64,000 nt of DNA, from positions 25,629 through 89,628 of the forward strand of contig SGZV01000002.1 of assembly GCA_004321805.1 (NCBI GenBank), given 5' to 3'. The stretch's first letter is position 1. Each line of letters begins with the position of its first letter. The stretch is from an alpha proteobacterium HIMB59. Lineage in GTDB: Bacteria > Pseudomonadota > Alphaproteobacteria > HIMB59. A program made the translations under genes and the position numbers. The notes beneath the pieces were generated by a model. It was given only the letters and a program-made list of their open reading frames with translations, searched no databases and was not told the DNA's origin. Below are positions 29,145 to 38,570 of this stretch, piece by piece.

Positions 29145-30813
29145 CCAAAGCCTTACCTAAGATATCACCTAAAACTGACCCTGAAGATTTTGACCCATAT
29201 TTTTCTAACAGACTTTGTTCTTCATCAATTTCTAATTGTCGAATTGATAAAGCAAATTTTCTATTAGTTAAATCAATAGAGCTAATTTTAGCATCAATTT
29301 TTTGACCTTCATTGTAGCGGGAAATATTTTGCTCTTCTTTATTTTTTGAGAGCTCTTTCCTTCTAATTGTAGTTTCAATAAAATTCGCAACCTCTACATC
29401 AATACCATTATTATTAATTTTTGTGATAGTAGCAGAGACAATATCTCCTTTATTTTTATCTTTAAAAAATTCATGAAAAGGATCGGGCGATAATTGTTTG
29501 ATACCAAAACTAATTTTTTCTTTTTCAGGATCTATTTCAAGAATTTTAACCTGAATATTTTGACCTTTTTGATATTTTTTAAGAGTTCTATCACCATTAG
29601 AGTCGGTCCACGATAGGTCGTTTTTATGGATTAAACCGTCAATATTTTCGTTTAGTTTCGCAAAGATACCAAACTCTGTGATATTTTTAATTTCTGTATC
29701 GATCGTTTGATCTTTTTTATATTCGTTAAGAATATTTTCCCATGGGTTGGGCTCTGTTTGCTTAATACCCAAGCTGATACGTTTCTTTTCTTTATCGATT
29801 TCAAGAACTTTGACACGAATGTTAAATCCGACTTCAAGAATTTTATTTGGATGAATGTTCTTTTTTGTCCAACTGATATCATTTGAGTGAACTAGTCCTT
29901 CTAAATCTTTCTCAGTTAATTGAACAAAAGCACCGTAATCAGTAATGTGTGTAATCTTACCATCATAAATTTCATTAAGAGTTATTTTATCTTCAATTTT
30001 AGCCCAAGGATCATCTTTAAGCTGCTTATATCCAAGACTAATTTTCTCTGAGTCATCTGATACTTTTAGAATTTTAAAATCATAATTCTTGCCAACCTCT
30101 AAAACATCTGATGGATGACCAATTCTACTCCAAGATATATCACTCAAATGCACTAGACCATCAATGCCTCCAAGATCTACGAATGCACCATAGTCTGTAA
30201 AAGTTTTAACTCTTCCATTTACAACAGAGTCAGACTTTGATTTATCCAAAATTTCATTTTTAATAACCTTTTGTTTTTCTTCTAGTATCGCTTTTCGTGA
30301 CACAACAATGTTTCCTTTTGAGTAATCCATCTTTAAAATCTCAAAAGTTTCTTCCGTTTTAATTAGGTGGCTAACATCTCTTACAGGCCTGACATCAATT
30401 TGACTCAAAGGAAGAAATGCATTAGTTCCCATTATTTTGACATATAAACCCGCTTTTGCCTTACCAACAATAAAGCCTTTTACTCTCTCTTTGTTGTCAT
30501 AAAGTTTTTGTAATTTCTCCCATGATTTCATCTTAATCGCTTTTTCATGAGAAAGTCTTACGTTTCCTTCTCTATCTTCTAATTTTTCAATAAAGACTTC
30601 AATTGATTGCCCTTCTTTTAAGTCATCAGAGGATCCAGTATTTAAAAATTCTTCTTTAGGGATTTGCCCTTCGCTTTTGTATCCAATATCAACGGTCACG
30701 AATTGATCGCTGACTTTTAAAATTGTTCCAGAAATTATTTTATTTGCAGAAATATTAGTTTTAGTTTCGAATTGTTGGTCTAGCAGTTTGCTATAATCGT
30801 CATTAGATATCAT
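29116..30813 (-). CDS. rpsA: 30S ribosomal protein S1
   Basis: Six S1 repeats, VDIGYKSEG, YGAFVDLGGIDGLVH. Confidence 0.98.
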   Translation of the reverse strand: MISNDDYSKLLDQQFETKTNISANKIISGTILKVSDQFVTVDIGYKSEGQIPKEEFLNTGSSDDLKEGQSIEVFIEKLEDREGNVRLSHEKAIKMKSWEKLQKLYDNKERVKGFIVGKAKAGLYVKIMGTNAFLPLSQIDVRPVRDVSHLIKTEETFEILKMDYSKGNIVVSRKAILEEKQKVIKNEILDKSKSDSVVNGRVKTFTDYGAFVDLGGIDGLVHLSDISWSRIGHPSDVLEVGKNYDFKILKVSDDSEKISLGYKQLKDDPWAKIEDKITLNEIYDGKITHITDYGAFVQLTEKDLEGLVHSNDISWTKKNIHPNKILEVGFNIRVKVLEIDKEKKRISLGIKQTEPNPWENILNEYKKDQTIDTEIKNITEFGIFAKLNENIDGLIHKNDLSWTDSNGDRTLKKYQKGQNIQVKILEIDPEKEKISFGIKQLSPDPFHEFFKDKNKGDIVSATITKINNNGIDVEVANFIETTIRRKELSKNKEEQNISRYNEGQKIDAKISSIDLTNRKFALSIRQLEIDEEQSLLEKYGSKSSGSVLGDILGKALDEDKDTKAE

Positions 30814-30880
30814 ATGTCATTGTTTACCTTTCAAAGTAGTCAGGTTTTTTTAAAGTTTTATAGGTCTTTTTCAAGGAAAA

Positions 30881-32179
30881 TTAATGAAAATATTTAGCAG
30901 TATCCTTGAAAAAAGACGGATAACTTGTTTTTACACTCGATTTATCCTTAATAATGTTATTTTTTATACATATTAAGTTAGCTATATAAAATGACATCAC
31001 TATGCGATGATCGTGATGATGAATGATTTTTGCACCACCTTTTTTTAAATCAGTGCTGCCATATATATGAAGATCAAATCCTTTTATTTCTGATTTAACA
31101 CCCATGTTTTTTAGATTTTGATGAACTAGTTGAAGCCTGTTGCTTTCTTTGACAGTTAATTCTTTAAGACCTTTAAAAATACTTTTTCCATTAGCAAAGG
31201 ATGCAGCAACAGATAAAATTGGTATTTCATCAACTTGCAAAGGAACATCTTTAGCTTCCAAAATAGTTGGCTTTAAGTATTTTTTTTGATCAACTTTTAA
31301 GTCGGCTATAGTTTCAAAATTAACTTTTCTTTTATTAATAATCTCAATCATGGCTCCCATTTGCTTTAAAGTTTTAATGAAACCTATTCGAGTTTTATTA
31401 AATAACATATTTTTGATAATTAACTTTGACCCAGGTTTTAAACATGCAGCTGTTATAAAAAAGGCAGCCGAAGAGGGATCACCAGGAACATTATATTTGA
31501 TATTTTTTAAATCTATATCATTTCTCATTTTGATATATCGATAATTTGAATCTTCTTTTACTCGAATATTATAACCCATTGCCTTTAGCATATTTTCAGT
31601 ATGGTCTCTTGTTGATTTATATTCTTTTATTTCTACTAAGCCTTTTGTATTTAGGGCGGACAACATAATTGCACTTTTAATTTGTGCTGAGGGAATAAGA
31701 ATATCATATTTAAAAGGAACCGCATCACCAACTCCTTGAATATTTATTGGTGGAAAAGAATTTTTTCTTAGCTTTATGATAGCTCCAATTTTTTTTAGGT
31801 GATCAGTAACCCTTCTCATTGGACGAGCGCTAAGTGATTTATCTCCAATTAATTTTGCTTTTATATTATTGGATGCGATAATACCTGATAAAAGTCTTAT
31901 TCCTGTTCCAGAATTACCAAAGTCAAGAGATTTGGTAGGTTGAAATAATGCACCAGGGGGAATTCCAAAGACGATATATTTTCCATTATTTTTTTTTATA
32001 TTAGCTCCAAGTATTTTCATGACTTTGAGTGTGTTTAAAACATCTTCACCTTCTAAGAGGTTTGAAATTTGGGATTTTCCAACAGCTTGTCCAGTAAGTA
32101 TTAAAATTCGATGACTAATTGATTTGTCCCCAGGGGGAAAATAGGTTCCTTTAGTTCTTTTTTTGGAGTTAATAGACAT
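30881..32179 (-). CDS. aroA: EPSP synthase
   Basis: PGDKSISHR, GNSGT, SAQIKSA, RDHTE, KESNR, DHRI. Confidence 0.97.
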   Translation of the reverse strand: MSINSKKRTKGTYFPPGDKSISHRILILTGQAVGKSQISNLLEGEDVLNTLKVMKILGANIKKNNGKYIVFGIPPGALFQPTKSLDFGNSGTGIRLLSGIIASNNIKAKLIGDKSLSARPMRRVTDHLKKIGAIIKLRKNSFPPINIQGVGDAVPFKYDILIPSAQIKSAIMLSALNTKGLVEIKEYKSTRDHTENMLKAMGYNIRVKEDSNYRYIKMRNDIDLKNIKYNVPGDPSSAAFFITAACLKPGSKLIIKNMLFNKTRIGFIKTLKQMGAMIEIINKRKVNFETIADLKVDQKKYLKPTILEAKDVPLQVDEIPILSVAASFANGKSIFKGLKELTVKESNRLQLVHQNLKNMGVKSEIKGFDLHIYGSTDLKKGGAKIIHHHDHRIVMSFYIANLICIKNNIIKDKSSVKTSYPSFFKDTAKYFH

Positions 32180-32187
32180 ATGTTTAG

Positions 32188-32904
32188 TTATTGATAATTA
32201 TGGCCTAGGTATATTTTTTTTACAAATTTATCAGAAGTTATCTCTTTTGGACTACCAGATTTAATGATTTCGCCATTATAGATAATATAACCAAAGTCCA
32301 CAATACTAAGAGCCTCTTTAACATTATGGTCAGTAATAATAATTCCAATGTTCAGTTTTTTTAAGAGAGCGATAGTTTTTTTTACTTCTTCAATTGCTAT
32401 TGGGTCTATTCCTGCAAAAGGTTCATCAAGAAGCAAAAATTTAGGATTACTAGCAAGAGCTCTCGCAATTTCTGTTCTTCTTCTCTCACCTCCAGATAAG
32501 AGCTTACCTTTAGTTTTTTGGAATCCCTGAAGAGAAAATTGTTTGATTAAATTATTGGTAATTTCAATAGACTTTTTTTTTTCGTGGAATAATTCTGCAA
32601 TACAATGAATATTATCATAAACATTCATATCCCTAAAAATTGATGCCTCTTGAGGAAGGTAAGAAATACCAAGTTTCGACCTCATACTTAAACTAAGAGA
32701 GGTTAAATCTTTTCCATCTAATATAATTTTTCCATCATTGGGTGATAGAAATCCTGCAATAATATTAAAAAGTGTAGTTTTACCACTTCCATTAGGTCCT
32801 AAGAGACCATTGACTTTGTCATTACTAAACTCAATATTAATATCTCTTAGGGCCTGCTTGGATTTAAAACTTTTACTAACTTGATGAAGTTTAATTTTTT
32901 GCAT
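32188..32904 (-). CDS. lptB: LPS export ABC ATPase
   Basis: GPNGSGKT, YLPQEASIF, LSGGERRRTEIARALA, ITDHNV. Confidence 0.96.
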   Translation of the reverse strand: MQKIKLHQVSKSFKSKQALRDINIEFSNDKVNGLLGPNGSGKTTLFNIIAGFLSPNDGKIILDGKDLTSLSLSMRSKLGISYLPQEASIFRDMNVYDNIHCIAELFHEKKKSIEITNNLIKQFSLQGFQKTKGKLLSGGERRRTEIARALASNPKFLLLDEPFAGIDPIAIEEVKKTIALLKKLNIGIIITDHNVKEALSIVDFGYIIYNGEIIKSGSPKEITSDKFVKKIYLGHNYQ

Positions 32905-33352
32905 TGTTGTCTAAAAGAACCTCTACAAGCGATTCATCATTTGCAGAGTTTAAAATCCTTTTATTATTATCAATGTCTGCAATTAGCTCGTAGCCAGTAA
33001 GTAATCTCGTTGGAGACTCAATAGAGACATCACCCGTAAGTTTAATAATATTGTCATCACGAGTGTAGATTGCATGATTTCCTCTAAAAACCTCTTCTTC
33101 AAATTCTATTTTAACATTTTCAAAAAGTTCAACGGTAGTAAATATTTCTTTATTTTGTTTTTCTATGTATTTAGCAATCATTTTATCAGCATAAGCAGTA
33201 AATTTATCATTTTTAAATTCTACATCACCATTGGCCGTATAAGATTGATTTTCAGAGTCCCATATTAAACTTTTTCCAGCTTTAACGGAGCTTTCAGAAT
33301 AAGCAAAACTTACATATAGCAAAGTAAAAATAATGTAAAAAAATTTAATCAT
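32891..33352 (-). CDS. lptA: LptA/OstA-family periplasmic protein
   Basis: Signal peptide, beta-jellyroll-like repeats (A.GDV, LTGDV), located before lptB. Confidence 0.75.
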   Translation of the reverse strand: MIKFFYIIFTLLYVSFAYSESSVKAGKSLIWDSENQSYTANGDVEFKNDKFTAYADKMIAKYIEKQNKEIFTTVELFENVKIEFEEEVFRGNHAIYTRDDNIIKLTGDVSIESPTRLLTGYELIADIDNNKRILNSANDESLVEVLLDNNAKN

Positions 33353-33770
33353 GGCTTTTAAAAGTTACCTCTCCTTCAAAAATAATTTTTCCTTTTGAGT
33401 CAAAATTTTTAAAACCCTGTGCATTTAATGTTCCCATTGAATTTATTACCTCGACACTTTTATTACTAATTGATACTTCCTCTTCCATATTAATAGATAT
33501 ATCACTGCCGTAAATCTTATATTCTTTATTCTCAAGATATGAAGATCCTTGTAAATAAATATTGTTATCATCAATCTTATTTAATTTTTCAGAGCCGATT
33601 TTTGTTATTCCTGATTTAGATAAGACAATGCTGGAGAAATTTTCTACTGAGATACTTTTTTGAGTGAATACTTTACCGGATGGCTTTGTATTGTGGTAAT
33701 AGATTAGTGCTTGAAAGCCAAGGGCTATAAAAATCAATACATTAATAACTTTAGGAATAATTTTACTCAT
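33345..33770 (-). CDS. lptC: LptC-like protein (short, divergent)
   Basis: Single N-terminal TM, C-terminal G.L.A.GF...IIFEG.V, located between kdsD and lptA. Confidence 0.65.
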   Translation of the reverse strand: MSKIIPKVINVLIFIALGFQALIYYHNTKPSGKVFTQKSISVENFSSIVLSKSGITKIGSEKLNKIDDNNIYLQGSSYLENKEYKIYGSDISINMEEEVSISNKSVEVINSMGTLNAQGFKNFDSKGKIIFEGEVTFKSHD

Positions 33771-34710
33771 TATCAATACATTGTTTTAAATTGACAATCC
33801 CAATTGGTACATTTTTTTCAGCTACGATAAGACTAGTAATGGCATTTTTATTCATTAAGGCAACCGCAGAAGAAATTAAGTAATTTTTTTTTGCAGTAAT
33901 AGGTTTACTTTTGATTATTAATTTAACATTGTCATTCAAATTTATTTGATTAATTGCTCTTCTTAAATCGCCATCAGTTAATATTCCTTTAATTTTTTTA
34001 TTCCTATCTATCATAACAGCACAACCATATTTTTTTTCTGTCATTATCAAAACCGCCTCTTTGATGGATGCTTTATTGTCAATTATAGGGATATCTTTAT
34101 CCATAATTTCATTAAGAGTTTTTAATTTTTTACCAATTTTTCCACCTGGATGAAGTTCTTTAAAAGATTTTTTATCAAAATTCCTGATATCTAAAACTGA
34201 ACAACACAATGCATCTCCCAACGATAAGCATAGAGTTGTTGAAGTTGTAGGAATCGTATTGAGCTTATCGGCCTCTTTATGTGTTGGTAGCAAAAGAGTG
34301 ATATCTGAATTTTTTGATAAAAGACTGTTCTTATTAGATGTTATGGAGATTATTTTAATTTGTTTTTTTTTTGAAAAGTCTAAAAGATCAGATAGTTCAT
34401 GAGACTCCCCAGAGTTTGATAAAGCTATTAAAATATCTTCTTTACTAACTATTCCCATATCTCCGTGGCTTGCATCAACTGGATTAAGAAAAATTGCAGG
34501 TACACCAGTAGATGTAAAAGAAGCAGCTAACTTTGCAGCTATATTCCCACTTTTACCTACACCTGAAATAATTAATTTTCCTTTGAGGTTAACTATTGAA
34601 GCTACAGCTTTATAAAATTCATTATCTAAATTTTTAGACAATTTATTAATTGCGTTTGCTTCAATATTTAAAACAGATTGTCCTGTTTTTATTATTCTTG
34701 ATTTGTTCAT
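33763..34710 (-). CDS. kdsD: Arabinose-5-phosphate isomerase (KpsF/GutQ; SIS plus CBS domains)
   Basis: GVGKSG, STG.PA, HGDMG, SNSGE, PTTST, HPGG, TDGDLRR; start ATG 34710. Confidence 0.95.
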   Translation of the reverse strand: MNKSRIIKTGQSVLNIEANAINKLSKNLDNEFYKAVASIVNLKGKLIISGVGKSGNIAAKLAASFTSTGVPAIFLNPVDASHGDMGIVSKEDILIALSNSGESHELSDLLDFSKKKQIKIISITSNKNSLLSKNSDITLLLPTHKEADKLNTIPTTSTTLCLSLGDALCCSVLDIRNFDKKSFKELHPGGKIGKKLKTLNEIMDKDIPIIDNKASIKEAVLIMTEKKYGCAVMIDRNKKIKGILTDGDLRRAINQINLNDNVKLIIKSKPITAKKNYLISSAVALMNKNAITSLIVAEKNVPIGIVNLKQCIDNE

Positions 34711-34714
34711 AAAC

Positions 34715-35347
34715 TTATTTATGGGCAAAAATATCTGAATTTTCCCATCCCATTAAATCTAATTCTACCCTTGTGTCCATAAATTTCATAATAGAGTTAA
34801 AAGTTTTAAATCTTTTAAGATCTAATAGTTTATCTTCCATATTTTTTTTTAACTCTGCTAAATAAACAATATCATTTATCGCATATTGAATTTGTTGTTT
34901 TGATAATTTTTTTTTACCCCAGTCAGAGGTTTGTTCATTTTTATCTAGCTCAATGTTAAGTATCTCTTTAACAAGATCTTTTAATCCATGTTTTGATGAG
35001 TAGGTTCTCGTAAGTTTAGAGGCGACTTTCGTACAAAAAATATTTTTAACATTAATATTTAAATTTTCTTTTAAAATTGCAACATCAAACCTCGCATAGT
35101 GAAAGATTTTTGTGAGCGATTTATTTTCCATTAGAATTTTTAAATTCTTAGAATTTTTTGCCAATGGCTTAGAGTCAAATTTAATTAAATAAATTTTTTT
35201 ATTAGATTCATTTCTCATCTGTACCAAGCATAAGCGATCCCTTTTAATATTTAAGCCAAGCGTTTCAGTATCAATGGAAATGTCGCCTTTAAATGATTTT
35301 AAGACTTGAGTAGGTAGGTCATTATGGAATAATTGATAATTTGACAT
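34715..35347 (-). CDS. rnd: Ribonuclease D (short alphaproteobacterial form)
   Basis: IDTETLGL...RDRLCLVQ, KIFHYARFD, SDW, YA..D, DIFAH. Confidence 0.93.
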   Translation of the reverse strand: MSNYQLFHNDLPTQVLKSFKGDISIDTETLGLNIKRDRLCLVQMRNESNKKIYLIKFDSKPLAKNSKNLKILMENKSLTKIFHYARFDVAILKENLNINVKNIFCTKVASKLTRTYSSKHGLKDLVKEILNIELDKNEQTSDWGKKKLSKQQIQYAINDIVYLAELKKNMEDKLLDLKRFKTFNSIMKFMDTRVELDLMGWENSDIFAHK

Positions 35348-35370
35348 CGTAGGACTTATATTTATATAAG
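35341..35370 (+). promoter_or_regulatory. Candidate sigma70 promoter for the NDUFA9-like gene
   Basis: TTGACA at 35341-35346, 18-bp spacer, TATAAG at 35365-35370. Confidence 0.5.
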
Positions 35371-35382
35371 ATAGATATTACA

Positions 35383-36312
35383 ATGAGAAATAAAAACATA
35401 CTTATATTTGGCTCAACAGGATTCATTGGCAGAAGCGTGGTAAAAAGACTTCTATCTGAAGGAAATCGAATAGTTTGTCCTGCCAGAAACGCCTCAAGAG
35501 TTAAGAGAAATATCCTTTCTGGTGATATTGGGCAAATTGAAGTAGTTGATTTTGAATTGAGTAATTTATCCAATTTAGAGGATTTAATCAAAAAAAGTGA
35601 TTTTATTATTAATCTTATCGGTCTCTTATTTGAAAAATCAAATATGTCATTTGAACTAGCCCATTATCTTTTACCTAAGAAAATTTCATTTTATGCAGAA
35701 AAATATAATAAACCTTTTCTTCACATATCTAGTTTAGGCTCAACATTTAATACAAAATCTAATTATTTAATGTCAAAAAAAATGGGTGAAGAGTTCATTG
35801 AAAACAATAACACTAACCATATCATTCTTCGACCAAGTATAGTTTATGGCGAGGAGGATAATTTTATTAATCAATTTGGTAAGATGGCTAAACTATTACC
35901 TTTTCTTCCTTTGTTTAAAAAAGGTGAAACAAAATTTCAACCTATTTATGTCAATGACTTATCATTGATGATTTTTAAACTCATTAAGAATTTTGATAAA
36001 TATAAAAACATCAACATTCCTGCTGTAGGTAATGAGGTTTTTTCTTTCAAAGAAATTCTTACTCATATTTTAGAAACATTAAATAAGCCTATACGTTTAA
36101 TTAATATCCCTTCTTTTTTTGCAATTATTCAGGGCAAGTTAATGGAAAAATTACCTAAACCTTTATTTACATATGATCAATTTTTATCTTTATCTCATGA
36201 TAGCATTTCTGTTGGAGGTGAAAAGTTGGTTGCTGAAATTATTGAAAAAGATTTATCTAATATGAAGACAGTAACTTCTATATATTTGGATAAATTTATT
36301 GATAGAGTCTAA
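35383..36312 (+). CDS. Complex I NDUFA9-family NAD(P)-binding SDR/epimerase
   Basis: FGSTGFIG, GDIGQI, INLIGLL.E, LRPSIVYG.ED.F, FQPIYV.D. Confidence 0.9.
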   Translation: MRNKNILIFGSTGFIGRSVVKRLLSEGNRIVCPARNASRVKRNILSGDIGQIEVVDFELSNLSNLEDLIKKSDFIINLIGLLFEKSNMSFELAHYLLPKKISFYAEKYNKPFLHISSLGSTFNTKSNYLMSKKMGEEFIENNNTNHIILRPSIVYGEEDNFINQFGKMAKLLPFLPLFKKGETKFQPIYVNDLSLMIFKLIKNFDKYKNINIPAVGNEVFSFKEILTHILETLNKPIRLINIPSFFAIIQGKLMEKLPKPLFTYDQFLSLSHDSISVGGEKLVAEIIEKDLSNMKTVTSIYLDKFIDRV

Positions 36313-37062
36313 TTAAAATACAATTAAGATTATTAAACCTAAAATAATTCTATAGATAACAAAAGGTTTAAAACCAATTTTATTAATAAAATTTATAAAA
36401 AAGATTAATGTTAGATATGCTGTAACAAAGGTTATAAAAAAAATCATTAATAGGTTAAGGTCATACGTAATTTTTTCTAAATTTCTAATATTAGAAATAA
36501 AAGATAGGAGAATGATTGGGACACCAAGATATAAACTTTTTATTGATGATGATTTCCTCGTTTCTCCTAATAGCCTAAATGCAATGATGCAGCTTCCAGA
36601 TCTGCTAAACCCTGGAAGGAAAGCAAGGCATTGAAAAAGACCTGCAATAAAAAACTTAATTATAGGATTGTCGATTTTTATTTTATGAAAAATTTTAATA
36701 TCAGAAATATACAATAAAATAGCACCCACAATAGAGGTTATGCCTATTAATCTAATATTCACAAAATCTATTTGTAAAAGTATAAGGCCTAGCCCAACAA
36801 TTATTGCTGGAATGGTTGCGAGTGAAATTGGTATGAAATTTGAGGAGACGTTGTTTTTGCTAAAATGATCATTTTTATATAAGTATAATAAAAGAGCCAA
36901 TAATGAGCCCATATGAGCTGTAGTTTCATAAAGTAAATTTCTTGAATAGTTTCTATTGACGATTATTTCTAAAATATTTAGATGACCACTTGAGCTGACA
37001 GGTATAAATTCAGTTACTCCCTGAAATACCGAATAAATTGAATAAAATATATAATTAGTCAT
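36313..37062 (-). CDS. uppP: Undecaprenyl-diphosphate phosphatase
   Basis: QGVTEFIPVSSSGHL, ATIPA, PGFSRSG, PFVIYRI. Confidence 0.95.
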   Translation of the reverse strand: MTNYIFYSIYSVFQGVTEFIPVSSSGHLNILEIIVNRNYSRNLLYETTAHMGSLLALLLYLYKNDHFSKNNVSSNFIPISLATIPAIIVGLGLILLQIDFVNIRLIGITSIVGAILLYISDIKIFHKIKIDNPIIKFFIAGLFQCLAFLPGFSRSGSCIIAFRLLGETRKSSSIKSLYLGVPIILLSFISNIRNLEKITYDLNLLMIFFITFVTAYLTLIFFINFINKIGFKPFVIYRIILGLIILIVF

Positions 37063-37157
37063 AATTTATTATCATTTTAAAATTTACAAACATTTAAACA
37101 ACAGTTATAAAATCAATCCAATTTGATATAATGAGTTTATAGTAATATTTTATTATC

Positions 37158-38570
37158 ATGTTAGAGTTTCATAAAAAAAATCCCAAGAATCCAGACAAAA
37201 CTGAACCTGAAAAAAGAATAAAGGATTTTCAAGAAATATATAGTCAGTTTGATTCTAAAACATCAGTAGAACAATCCTCTAGATGTTCTCAATGTGGCGT
37301 ACCCTTTTGCCAAATTCACTGCCCCTTAAATAATAACATTCCTGATTGGCTGAAATATATTGCTGAGGGAAGACTTGAGGAGGCTTATCAAATTTCTTCC
37401 TCAACAAATGTCTTTCCTGAGGTTTGTGGACGCGTATGCCCCCAAGACCGACTTTGTGAAGGAAATTGTGTAGTTGAACAGGCTGGTTTTGGAGCAATTA
37501 CCATTGGAAATTTGGAAAAATATTTAACTGAAGTGGCATTTGAAAAAGGATGGGTAAAAAATTTACAAAAAAATAATTCATCGAATCAAAAAATAGCCAT
37601 CATTGGCTCTGGACCTGCTGGCATGGCTGCCTCCTCTTACTTAGTTCAAAATGGCTATCAAGTTGATGTTTTTGAAAAGCACGACCGTGTTGGCGGACTT
37701 ATGATTTATGGTATTCCTAACTTCAAATTAGATAAAAGTATTGTTGAGAGAAGAACGCAGTGGTTAATAGATAGCGGCGTTAAATTTCATGTTAATAAAG
37801 AAATTGGGAAAGAAATTTCATTCCAAGATTTAGAAAAAGATTATGATGCTATTTTAGTTGCAACAGGTGTTTATAAAGCAAGAAAACTTGATATCGAAAC
37901 ATCGAATATTGAAAATTCTTTACCCGCATTAGACTTCTTAATAGAAAGTAATAAAGTTGGCTTAGGTGATAGCCCTTCCTCTAATAAAAATTTAAATGCA
38001 AAAGATAAACATGTTGTTGTCATTGGTGGTGGTGATACAGCAATGGATTGTGTTCGTACTGCAATTCGTCAGAATGCGAAAGAAGTAACATGTTTGTATA
38101 GAAGGAATAAAGAAAATATGCCTGGCTCTGCTCGGGAAGTCTTAAATGCTGAACAAGAGGGTGTTAAATTTAATTGGCTATCTGTTCCTTCGAAGTTAAT
38201 TACAAAAGATAAACTTGCATCAACTTTAAGCTATAAAATAGCGACCCTTGGTGAGGCAGATGAAACGGGTAGAAGAAAGCCAATAGATACGGGTTTAGAG
38301 AAACAAATCAAAAGTGATCTTATTATACAAGCCCTAGGTTTTGAACCAGAAGATTTAAATTCGCAATTTAATACGAACTTAGATCTTACTAGTTGGAACA
38401 CAATTAAAGTGGATTATAAAAAATTTCAAACAAGTAACCCCAAAATATTTGCTGCTGGAGATATTGTAAGAGGAGCCTCACTAGTAGTATGGGCAATTCA
38501 TGATGGGAGAGAAGTAGCAAAATCTATTCATCAATATTTACAAAATTCACAAATAAAAAAGGCGTCATGA
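37158..38570 (+). CDS. gltD: Glutamate synthase small subunit
   Basis: RCSQCGVPFCQIHCP, CGRVCPQ..LCEG.C, GSGPAG, GGGDTAMDC. Confidence 0.97.
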   Translation: MLEFHKKNPKNPDKTEPEKRIKDFQEIYSQFDSKTSVEQSSRCSQCGVPFCQIHCPLNNNIPDWLKYIAEGRLEEAYQISSSTNVFPEVCGRVCPQDRLCEGNCVVEQAGFGAITIGNLEKYLTEVAFEKGWVKNLQKNNSSNQKIAIIGSGPAGMAASSYLVQNGYQVDVFEKHDRVGGLMIYGIPNFKLDKSIVERRTQWLIDSGVKFHVNKEIGKEISFQDLEKDYDAILVATGVYKARKLDIETSNIENSLPALDFLIESNKVGLGDSPSSNKNLNAKDKHVVVIGGGDTAMDCVRTAIRQNAKEVTCLYRRNKENMPGSAREVLNAEQEGVKFNWLSVPSKLITKDKLASTLSYKIATLGEADETGRRKPIDTGLEKQIKSDLIIQALGFEPEDLNSQFNTNLDLTSWNTIKVDYKKFQTSNPKIFAAGDIVRGASLVVWAIHDGREVAKSIHQYLQNSQIKKAS

